Below, in pieces: positions 24,503 to 35,509 of a DNA stretch of 64,000 nt. Each line of letters opens with the position of its first letter. Positions within the stretch are counted from its first letter, which is position 1. This DNA is from Schmidtea nova (Eukaryota). The translations under genes were made by a program, and so were the position numbers. The stretch lies in the NCBI GenBank assembly GCA_044892505.1, contig CM097882.1, forward strand, positions 586,706,001 through 586,770,000, read 5' to 3'. The notes below the pieces were generated by a model that worked only from the letters and a program-made list of their open reading frames with translations, did no database searches and was not told the origin of the DNA.

Positions 24503-25297
24503 ATGAATGAAGCAAGTTCATTAATACTGTCATGAAGAATGGCTTTATAAATTTGGAATTATTGTAAGAAATTAGAAAACACTTTGCATTTTGCGCAAAG
24601 AGAATATCACAACACGTAGTTATATTGTAAAACGGCATTTTTAAACTATTCACAAAAATCTTGTGATGAAAACATTAAATCATTTCTGTCAAAATTGGAC
24701 ATTTATAAATTATTTGAAAATGAAAACTATGAAATATTTTCCACGTTTGTTTCAGCTTTTTCAAACTACAGCGAGTTTTGGAAATAATATTGAGGTTAAC
24801 CGTTAACGAGAATACAGTCAATAACTATGTAACAATTATTGAAGAAATCAAATAATCCTTTATAGATAGATTTAATCAATTTAAACAACTAGAAACCAAT
24901 TTACAATTCATCATGCATCCTCATAAAGTTATTCGATTAAAGTTAGTAAACTAGAAATAGAATTAGTAGAATTTCAAAATAGCTTTTTATGGAGACATAA
25001 AATTGAAGATTTAATTGAAAAAATAGAATTAAATGTTTCCCAAATGAATTCTAATGAATCAGCAGAAGAAAATATTGAGAAATATTATACTCCATTTATG
25101 TGTATAAAAAATGTTGTATATGCTGTACTCACAATATTCGGATTGACTTATTCCTGTAAGCAACTATTTTCGTCAATGAATTATATAAAATCATCAGTAA
25201 AGAATTGACTGCTGCATGTGTAAGATTAAGAACGACAACATATTATCCAGATATACAACAATTATTATCTCAAAAGCAGCAACAGATGCCACATTAA
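24503..25297 (+). mobile_element. Internally deleted hAT (SPIN/GTF2IRD2-like) transposase remnant
   Basis: EEWLYKFG...LCIL...VKRHF.TIH BED-like N-terminus and FGLTYSCKQLFSSMNYIKS C-terminal dimerization motif. Confidence 0.75.
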
Positions 25298-25323
25298 TTT
25301 AATTTATAATTCTTGCTTCTATA

Positions 25324-25495
25324 TACATGATAAATTCGATGATTTACCAGTGGCAGCTGAAAAATGTGCGCGTCGAGTTTGAAAGTGTAGAAGTTGATGC
25401 TTACGAATTATCCAAAGAAGAACCATGCTCTTCATTGGAGACTTCTCCAAATTTATCTGTCACTTGGTATTATTATAATTAAAGTCCATAGAGCT
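25324..25495 (+). pseudogene. Polinton protein-primed DNA polymerase B, fragment 1
   Basis: LHDKFDDLPVAAEK...KNHALHWRLLQIYLSLGIIIIKVHRA; continues after the hAT at 28079. Confidence 0.8.
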
Positions 25496-28078
25496 TAGGG
25501 TTTGTCAGTTTTTAAAAACCGGTTTTGAAAACCAGTTTTTTTTCTAATTTTTTAAAATTCGAAAACCCGGTTTTAGTAACCATCTTAATTTGTGAAAATA
25601 AATAAATAATTTAATTGATAAAGTTTACATTTTCACTTTAAATGACTAAATGAATAAATAATTTAAATGTATACATTGAAAATTGTTTAATTAAATTAAA
25701 CAATTTTCAATTTATACAATTCATATAATTAACATTTAAAGAAATTGATATAAACTAGAACTAGAACTAGGCTTTATCCCGTGCGAGCACGGGCAAATAG
25801 TTTGAATACTTAAAGCCTTGTAACTGTATGTATGTGCCTGTAACGCGGATAATAAATCAACTTAATAAATTTCAATTTTAATCTACTTACTATAGTAAGT
25901 AGATTGTCTAATGTGGTCAGCGTTACAGACACATTCAGTGATATATGTATATATTTCATTTGATTTTTAGACCAAAATGAATGAGGCAAATAAGTCGGAG
26001 GTATGGGATAATTTCAAAAAGATTGGAAAGGACAAGGCATGCTGTAATCATTGTAAAAAAACGTTGAGCTACAAAGGATCATCTACGAGTAATCTCCACA
26101 ATCATCTGAAAGTAGTTCATCTAATAATACTGCACAAGAAATCAGAAGCGAATTAAACGATCGATAAACAAGAAACACCTGGACCCTCCTCCTGCCCACA
26201 AAAACAAGCCAGTATTTTTTAATTTTGTGAAAAGGAGCAGTTTGGAAGAAATAATAGGAAAACTTGCTGCACATGATGGATTGTCTATTAATAGCATTAC
26301 AACAAGCTCGTTTATACGAGATTCTTTACAACAAAGTGGATATTCATTACCAAAAAACAACTGTCGAGTAATGAATTTCATTTATAGGTTTTATGAATAT
26401 GCCAAACGTGAAAAAATAAATTAAATTTGATTGTATTAAGCAGAATGGGGAAAAATTTCCTATAACTTTAGATGAGTGGACTAGCAAAAGAAATCGCAGA
26501 TATTTGAATATCAATGTACACCATTTAGCGGAAGATTTTAATTTGGGATTAGTTCCAATAGCTAGTTCCTGCGATGCTAAGAAAACATTAGAATTAGTTT
26601 CCCAGAGGCTACAAAATTTTAACTTAGATCTAGCAACCGATAAATTTGCAGCGACAAATGATGGTGCGATAGTTATGAAAAATTTGGTCAGTTATCACCT
26701 AAAATTGATCAGCTATGCTATTCACACGTCATACACTTATCAGTTTCTGATGTGTTATATAAAAATAAAGAAATTGCTTAACTCGATGTATATGCTACAA
26801 CTAAAAGTCAGGAATCGGAAGATGGCATGGAGCCATTAGAGTGTGAAGATGATTATGGCGAGGATTTTTTAAATTCCTATTAGCTGGATAATGACAGTAG
26901 ATTGCCTATGCTGTCTGACAATTACAAAGAATCAATTTCCCAAATTAGAAAAATTTGCAAATTTTTTAGAAAATCTCCTGTTAGAGATAGCATCCTTCAG
27001 AATTACGTTAAACAAGAAAAAGAAAAAGAATTAAGTCTGATTCTCGACTGCCAAACGAGATGGAATAGTTTAGAAGTCATGGTTGAAAGATTTATAACAT
27101 TAAAAAAATGTGTTGTTTTAACTTTGAATGATATTGGAGCTTCTCATATGTGGAACGAAGCTCAATATCCTACAATAATTGAGCTTGTTAAAATATTGGG
27201 ACCAATACGTCTAACAGCTGAAGCCTTAGGAAGGCGAGATTCCAACTTATTAACAAGTGAAGGCATATTTGAATTTCTATTAAGTGATATTAGTTCCAAA
27301 TTTTTAAATGCTTTACTAATTCGAATTATTGAAAGAAGACAAGTTGGATTGATATCCCTTTTACGATATTTGCAAAATCCACAAAACCTTTCAGCAAATA
27401 AAACTTCGTTTCGTGTTGGTAGTGTACTACCACAAGCTTCAAAATTGGATATTATTAAGTTATCTGAAAAAATATTGTTCAGAATATATCCAAATTCTTC
27501 AGTGGAAAGGGAAACAGATTCTGAAGATGAAGATGAATATATAGGAGTAGGAGGCGGAGAAACTTATAATCGGGGCAATGGTATGGCTCTAAAAGAAGCC
27601 ATGGAAAATCAATTGAAAAGTTTCTTGAGGAACCTGAAGAAATAATATCAAATGTGAAGACACTTTCAATATATGAGGCGACCAATAAAAGAATATGAAA
27701 TTTAGATTTATTATTTGATGCCCTGAAAACCATTAAACCAAGTTCACTAGCCAGTGAAAGAGTATTTTCTATTTCAGGGAATATTGTTTCCAAAATAATA
27801 ACGAATTTAAGTAATCGTTAAGTGGACAGTTTATGTTGTTTGAAATCATATTTTCTGAAATAAAAATTTATAATTTATTTTTGTATGGAATACAGATTTT
27901 ATTTAGAGCGATTTTAGTTTTTTATTTGGCATAAATATTTATTTTGTCTTTTCTAGTTCCGTAACTATTAAATAAATTGAAAAATAAGATGTTTTTACTT
28001 TTTAAATAAATGTATAAATTTTTGAAGAAAAATTCGAAAACCGGTTTTGTGAAAAAGCCGGTTTTTGTATAAACCCTA
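25496..28078 (+). mobile_element. hAT element with both termini and 8-bp TSD (ATAGAGCT/AAAGAGCT)
   Basis: TAGGGTTT...AAACCCTA TIRs, AAAACCGGTTTT subterminal motifs, BED finger (CNHCKKTL...HNHLK), LDEWTSKRNRRYLNINVH, ATNDGA, CQTRWNSLEVMVERF, SERVFS; disrupted by stops and frameshifts. Confidence 0.95.
25755..25954 (+). mobile_element. Small Helitron/Helentron-like non-autonomous insertion inside the hAT
   Basis: Starts with repeated CTAG, hairpin CCCGTGC-GA-GCACGGG (25778-93), perfect 26-bp palindrome AATCTACTTACTATAGTAAGTAGATT (25880-905), ends in ACAGAC..TATATGTATATA. Confidence 0.45.
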
Positions 28079-28199
28079 AAAGAGCTATTAAATTTCATCA
28101 ATCAGCAATTTTTCAAAAATATATTGATAGAAACAAACGTCGTTTTATATCAACCAATATCTTAGATAAAACTATTTCAAAATGTTAAACAGTTTATAT
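28079..28199 (+). pseudogene. Polinton pPolB, fragment 2
   Basis: RAIKFHQSAIFQKYIDRN...YFKMLNSL, the region leading into PolB motif B; bracketed by two hAT insertions. Confidence 0.78.
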
Positions 28200-31100
28200 C
28201 AGTGTTTCCCAACGTGGGGCCCACGCCCCACAGGGAAACAATCGAAGTTTTTAAGGGGGCAATTTTAAATTTTAATTTTTTCGAAAGTAGATGGCAACAT
28301 CCATTCAAATTACTAACGAAATATAAATTAATTAATATAAAGAACAGCGTCTTTTCTATTAATATCTGTCGCCAACAGTAAATATTTCGAAAACCCTGAG
28401 ATTACACGAGTAGGAAAAAATTGGAAAATAAATTTAGGATCAAGGAAGAAAATAAATTATATGAAATTTTAAATAAGAAGAATTGCGAAATTTACATGAT
28501 GTTGGTTAATCGTTTTCAGAATAAATCAATTAAAGATATTTACAGCCAAACATTATAATTTATAGTTTTTATTTTCAAAAGTTAATTTCATTTTGCTTTA
28601 ACTTTACTTAACTCAACTTTTGTTTGTTTTATTTTTTAAATTTAATAAATTATCAATAAATTTTTTTTTTTCAATTTTGCTTTAATAATATCGGTGGCTG
28701 CTACTAATATAAAGGACTCAAAGAAAACTGGTTTATTTAGTTTTACTATTTTATTTATATATTCTTTCCTTATACAAATTTGTTAATTAAGCATATACCA
28801 ACTTTTTAATTTTTTTATTGATCATGTTTATTTTTACAGCCCATAAAAATCGGAAGTAAGAAGAAAAATCGTCAATATTCTGAGGAATATTTAAAATTTG
28901 GTTTTGTACCCGCTGCTCAAGACAAAAGACTTCCCCTCTGTCTTTTATGTCAACAAACCCTGACCAATTAGGCCATTTGTCAGATTGCATTACTTATCGC
29001 TAAATCCGGGAAAAATCATACGATTGACGAAAGTTTAATCAAGCCATCAATATCAACATTTCTTAAAACGGTTCTGCGAAAAGACGATACCCATGAAATA
29101 TCTATGCCACTTAGTAACAATACTGTAAGCAGGAGAATTGACGAAATGAGTGAAAATATTGAAAAACAACTTGTTGAAAAACTCAGAACAAAAGATTTCT
29201 CACTGCAAATGGATGAATCAATATTCAGAGACAGTGAGTCTATATTGATGTGAGATATGTTGATAAAGAGGATTTGCCGAAAGAATGTTGTTTTGTAAGT
29301 CATTAGAAAGCACCAACACGGCGAAAGATATATACAATGTTAAAAAATTATTTAAATGTAAATAATATTCTATTTGAGAACATTATTACTTGTGCTGCAG
29401 ATGGTGCTCCTAATATGATGGGGAAGAAAAATGGCTGCTTAAAAATGATGAAAGCTGAGAATCCAGGAATGCTACTAGTACACTGTGTTATTCACCGAGA
29501 AATATTTCACCTCAACTTTTTGAAATATTAAATTCTGTTATAAAATGTATCAATAGCATTACAGCTAGTGCAAAATGCGAACGCTTGTTTAAGTTATATT
29601 GTGAAGAACAAAATTCAGATTATTTTAGGCTTTTACATCATACTGAAGTAAGGTGACTTTCAAAAAGAAATTGTTTAAAAAGGTTTATGGAACTATTTGA
29701 TGTTGTAAAGGAGTTTTTGTACGACAAGCCCGAAATGATATATCTTTTGACAGTTGATGGCAAAGCACTTTTAAGTTATTTAGCATATATCTTTGAAAAA
29801 CTAAATATATTAAATAGCCAACTTCAAGGAGCAAATAGAACTCATATTGATGCTAAAGCAAAGATATTTTGCTTCATTGCCGATATTGAATTGTGGCAAA
29901 AAGATATCTATAGAAAAAACTTTGTTAGATTTTATTGGCTCCAAAAATGCAATGTGACAGACGACGCTATGCTTGCCATTGTCAATCACTTGAAAATTTT
30001 GTCAGCCGACTAGACAGAAAGATTTACAGATTTAAAGGAAATCGACTTTCCAGCATGGATAATGCAGCCAACGCGATATATCGCGTTTATGTTGAATTTA
30101 CTGAGTTGGCGTTTTTCTATTATTAAATCATTGCCACGTTTTTTGATTTTTTAATTAATTAGAACTTTTTTTCATTTAGAAGGACTAAAGACGTGGTTTT
30201 GTATGAAAACAGAGACAAAATAACCCCATACATCTAAATTTGCGAGAAAATTGCTGCTACCTTTTCCTTCCTTCTATTTAGCTGAGTGTGGTTTTAGTGC
30301 TTTAAATGATTTGCTGCTGAAAAAAGAAATCGATTGGACGCGACTCAACGGGGAGACTAGAGAATGAAGCTCGCCAAATTAGAACCAGGTATCAAATCTC
30401 TTTGTGATTTACACCAAGCGCAAGGATCTCATTAAGTTATATTAAAATCTATAACTGATAATTATTATAATGAAATCTAAAAATATCCATGTCTCCAAAT
30501 GAGTAGCCAGGAGATTAGAAGAGGATTAATTGTTGAAGAAAAATTTAGAGATAAATATAAGTATTATCCAAAATGGAAAAATAAACGTTCAGATACGATG
30601 AAAATCAGAAGGTTGCCCCCATAGAGATAAATGGAATTTTTGATCCATTAGAGTGGATCAAGGCGAGGGGAATGTTTCAGTCAAAGTGTGCGTGTGGTAT
30701 ATTTTAATGCTTCTACTGGCGTCTGTGTGCGCATTTATATATTCGGTCAGTATCGCATCTGTGTGCGCATTTATATATTCGGTCAGTTATCGCATCTGTG
30801 TGCGCAATTATTGTTCTAGTTTGGATGGGGTATTATATCAAATTTTTGATTGTTTTGTTCAATGGATTTGGAAATGCTTCAATATCGAATTGATTATCCT
30901 GGAACTGTTTTTGTTTTAACGGGCTTTTGGTTAGAATTTTTGTGGGAATTAAATTTTGATGAGTCTGGATGGAAATTATTGGAAATTGAAAATTGGGTTC
31001 TGGAAATTAATATTTGACTGGTTTTTAATTCTATTCAATTTGGATAATTAGAATTTCGCTAGATTTTAAATTTTGCTGAATATTATTGAAAGGAGCATTG

Positions 31101-32781
31101 TGTCTCTATTGCTTTAGGAATTTGACGGACATTTACTTTGTGATTGACTCAAATAATGATAATATTAATTATGATAATATGAAATCTATATTTAAAATTC
31201 TTTTAGTTCTATTTGTGTTATTATCTTATATTTATTAAAAATTACTAAGTTTAATTATCCACAATTTACTTGTAATTTCTTATTCTGTTTATAGTTCATT
31301 TTAAAAAAGTAAAACGTAGGTTCAGTGAAATCTAAAATACTTCATATACTTGGTGTAATGCTCATGATTCGTGTGTTTGATTTTCCCCTGTAATTTATTC
31401 CCCCTTTTGTTGTTAATTTTTATTTTTTTGTGTATGGGTTTATTTTAATTACTATAATACGTAAGCCAAATAACAAATTAAAATTTTTTTTAAAAATCGA
31501 TTAAAAAAATTAATAAAGTTTATTATCCAAGTTTATTATCCAAGAGCTAAGGAAGTTAAAGAAAATCTCTACCCATCTCTATATAACAAAAACGAAAGAG
31601 ATCCTAATCCTGAAATTAAATTTCTAGTATTATACAACAATCAGCTAACCCGTATAATCCTGATATTGCTTTTCTACTATTCTTCAACAATTACCTAACA
31701 ATTATATTTCAACTATCATCCTACGGCTATCTGTGAGTATTTAATCTACTATTTGTTTTGGTTTGATAAATAAAATTTTATAATGTAAAAAAGGTTTTGT
31801 TATTTAGTATTGTATTATTAATTAGTCTTGTGGTGGGGGAGACCTATAAATTTCAATTAATGTTTTTATTTATTAATTTGAGACCAAGAATTTTATGAAT
31901 CCTCTTGCGAAAAGTCAGAGCAGTTTTCCATCCATTCCGCGTCTAACATACATACAACCATCATATCCTTTTTAGAATGCTCATTTGACGAACATAAATT
32001 ACCACTAACAGATAAAGAATGAGATGATGGGCTCTTAAAACTTGAATTTGAATAAGTCTTTTAAACATCTTGATTAACACATTCATTACTAATATTAATA
32101 GGGTCCAGCTGTTTGGAATTCCTCGTTGCAATTTCAGAATTCCCAGTTTGATTTATCAAACTATAATTTTGATCTATATAATTAGGATTGTACGTATACC
32201 GATTTTGTGGTTGTAGAGTATTAGAAAACGACATTTTACAAGTGATATTGAGAATTCCCATAATTTTCTGGGAAATCCTGAACTCCTCCCACACACTCCG
32301 ACAAGCCCGCCGGACAAAATAAAAACCCCACCACATCTTTTTTTTCAGAAGTGGGAGCAGTAGAGGCGTGGCAAAGAGAAATCAAATCAAATCAAATCAA
32401 AGAGAAATCAAATCAATTCGTCGTATAAAATCACGAAAAGTCTACAACATACACACGCACGCAACCACACATAAATATACATATTCACTCCGTTTGTCCT
32501 ACAACAATTGGTGACTCCTTCGGGCACTTACAAGTTTCTGATCATTAAACAATACATAATATTATTATCACATAAATATAACAATCACATTTAATAACTC
32601 ACAAAGAAAAACCATACATAATACTTGGTAAGCAAGTAATATTTATTAAAGATAAATATTAGGAAAAATTCATGATTAAAAAATAGTCAAAAGAAACTCC
32701 CTAAATATTTTACATATGGGGGGCATAGAAAATTTGGGATCTCGCGGGTGGTTCATGGCATAAAAAGGTTGGGAAACACTG
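28200..32781 (+). mobile_element. hAT Buster/Charlie-type element (ZBED8/SCAND3-like transposase remnant 28840-30434) with about 2.2 kb of extra 3' sequence
   Basis: TIRs CAGTGTTTCCCAAC...GTTGGGAAACACTG; TSD GTTTATAT/GTTTATGC with central TA. Motifs PLSNNTVSRRIDEM, FSLQMDES, CAADGAPNMMG, HCVIHRE, YIFEKLNILNSQLQG, FPSFYLAECGFS. Confidence 0.93.
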
Positions 32782-33545
32782 GTTTATGCTTTAAAACAGT
32801 TAAAAACTCAAAGAATAAATTTACGACTGTGTAATTCAGCAGAAAAAATTAATAATTTATAGCTCAAAACCATCGTTTAGATGAATATATAAAATCGATG
32901 ATGATTTTATTTCAGTTTTATTAAATAATGAGTCTCTGTATTTGAATAGACAAAGCTACATCGGCCAATCGGTGTTTGATTTATCAAAACTACGCATATA
33001 ACAGATGCAACATATTTATTTGCAAATATATAGGGATTAATTTAACTGCAAAATCAATATTATTGCTGGGGACAGATTCTTTTATTTAAAGTTTATGTAA
33101 AGTTTTATTTAAAGTTTATGTAAAGTTTATGTAAAGTTTACATCCTTTTACCGGCTGTGGTTCGAAATTGTTTACTGGAAACATCAAATTATGACAATAC
33201 TCATCCATTATATTCTAAAGATCTTGATTCAGTCATTATCAAGTTCAAAGATGAGAATAATGGTCTTAAATATAATGAATGGGTATTCCTTAGGCTGAAA
33301 TGATATACTATGGATGCAGATAACATAAAAGCTAAAGAGGAAACAATGAAAAACACTGAATTAGCTCATCAGTAATACCTGGATTGTTATCGTAATAATA
33401 CGATGCTTAAAGCACTTAACTCGAATCACTAGTAAAAACCACCAGTTGTATACAATTACAAATAATAAATTAGCTCTGTCAAATAAAGATGACAAGCATA
33501 AATGGATAGGACCGAAAATTAGCTATGCACATGGGTATTATAGAA
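32782..33545 (+). pseudogene. Polinton pPolB, fragment 3 (C-terminal)
   Basis: KPSFR...SYIGQSVFDLSKL, SNYDNTHPLYSK...IKFKDENNG...EWVFLRLK, KAK, YTITNNKLALSNKDDK...AHGYY are canonical Polinton PolB C-terminal motifs; many frameshifts. Confidence 0.88.
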
Positions 33546-34436
33546 TAGTTAGTTCTATAGTTAGTTCTATTATAGATAAATTCCTAACAAGACTCAATTA
33601 CAAATTCATGACAAAACAGATATCATGGATGAAGAATATCAATCAAACTATTACCATCCACATTTCCTGACATTTGATTTGAAAGGAATATAATTTTGTT
33701 AATTTCATTTGTTTTCTTTTAAATAGGGACGAGTGATATTTATTTTCTTTTTAATAGTTAACAGTGTTTAGTAGTGACCATTTTATAGTTTTCATAGTGA
33801 AGTGTTTAATTTAGTACCATGTTAGGGATAGGCCTTGGGCCTTAAACATAAAAGAATTAAAAATAACTTGAAATAGAAATGTTACGAAAATAGGAAAAAA
33901 TAATTACTTAATATAGATTTTAGAAATTAATTAATTACTCATAAAAGAATCAATTACTAAAAATAGATGCTGGGCTTTTTTCGTAATTAAAACTATCTTT
34001 AAAACTAAATATAGTAATTTTTGGGATTTAATTTTTTAATAAAAGCCGAGGTAAAACTCAGAAAGGGGACAATAATAGTAAGCACAATAATAATTTAGAA
34101 AAAACGATTAGAAAATTAGTACAAAGTACTTTGGTCACAAAGAAGAAATCAATAGTCTGCTTTTAAAACGGCTGTTGTTTGTTTTGTTAAAATTGAAATC
34201 AAAATTGAAGTAGTATTGAGATCGATTAGGAGCAGTTTTAAGCTGAAAGAAAAGGACAGCTGTATCTGTATTGGAAATTTGTTATAAATATCTGGGTTGA
34301 ATTTCCAGAAAGCAGAGAAAGAATATTAGAGTGAAAATAAAATTGAGAAAGCCTTATATTGGAGAAAAGCAATATTATTATTTTACAAATTCAAAGTAAA
34401 ACGAAGGAGGTTTTAATAAGCTTTTAACCTTTTGTT

Positions 34437-35096
34437 TTAATAACATTTTGTTTTAATAAGCGAATACAAAGTAGGGTTTAATGAATCGACATTGCAAATA
34501 ATTTTAGGGGTAATTGTCGATTCATTAAAATTAATTTTTGTCTCGTAAAAATTAATAAATAAATTGAATAATACTTTGCGGTATTCTAGTGATTGAAGTT
34601 GCTGTTGCGACTGTATAAAATGACTGGTTTGATCATACAACGGATTATACATTTCTGTTGAATCACCAGTTAGTGAAGCGTTTCGGGCGTAGTGCGCCTT
34701 CTCGAAACCTTCAAGCATTATGTTTGAGTCACTATCTGTTTTTATCTTTGGATTCGTTAAACTTCTACTGAGTCGACTTTGAGTACTGTGGAATAAAATC
34801 GCATCATGGAACGGCTCATTAATTGCCTGTTCATACTGATTATCAACAGATGGAATCCATGTTTTGAATAGCCTTTCAAAATCGTCCTTTGATAAAAGAT
34901 TATTATTAAGCTTGGCCTCAGTTCTTAGTAATTCAAAGAAGTCACTGAATTGTAATTGAATGACTTCATTATTTTCATCAAAATTGTTCATAATATATTC
35001 TATAATTGTATCTGCATCAACTAATTCACAATCCGGTTGTGTGCAGTGATTAAATATTAAATATACAATACTAGTCAACGAAATACTGGAAGCCAT
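34437..35096 (-). CDS. Orphan 219-aa protein (paralog 1), apparently intact
   Basis: ATG-initiated uninterrupted ORF; C-terminal ~50 aa are homologous to the 35510 ORF (QSQ..L.S.EYRKVLF..FI.FYE.KINF.ESTI.PKI.CNV..LN). Confidence 0.6.
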   Translation of the reverse strand: MASSISLTSIVYLIFNHCTQPDCELVDADTIIEYIMNNFDENNEVIQLQFSDFFELLRTEAKLNNNLLSKDDFERLFKTWIPSVDNQYEQAINEPFHDAILFHSTQSRLSRSLTNPKIKTDSDSNIMLEGFEKAHYARNASLTGDSTEMYNPLYDQTSHFIQSQQQLQSLEYRKVLFNLFINFYETKINFNESTITPKIICNVDSLNPTLYSLIKTKCY

Positions 35097-35509
35097 TTAA
35101 GAAAACACTTTTAAATTAAGATAACAAAAAATATATTTGAATTTACAAATTTTTTACAGTTTAAAACAACTTTTTACAAATCATACTTTTAATAAAAAAT
35201 ACTTTTAATAATAAAAATAAGTAATAGTTCACAACAAAATGTTGAATTGTTTGACGGAGACACGCAGATTGAAATAATAAATAGATTTTTTACATTGAGG
35301 TTACCTAATTTTCTTCAAGAATTTATTAATATGAAAATATCATCATTGGTCTATGTTTTACAATCTCTTGTTATTAATCGTTCTTTGATTGAATGGAACT
35401 GAAAGAGGAGGCCAATTGGATGGATTAGACAAATCATAATCAATAAAGTTCGATTTCGAAATTATTAGAAAACTTCAGCGATTTGTTGCCATGGTTATTA
35501 TTGACAAAT

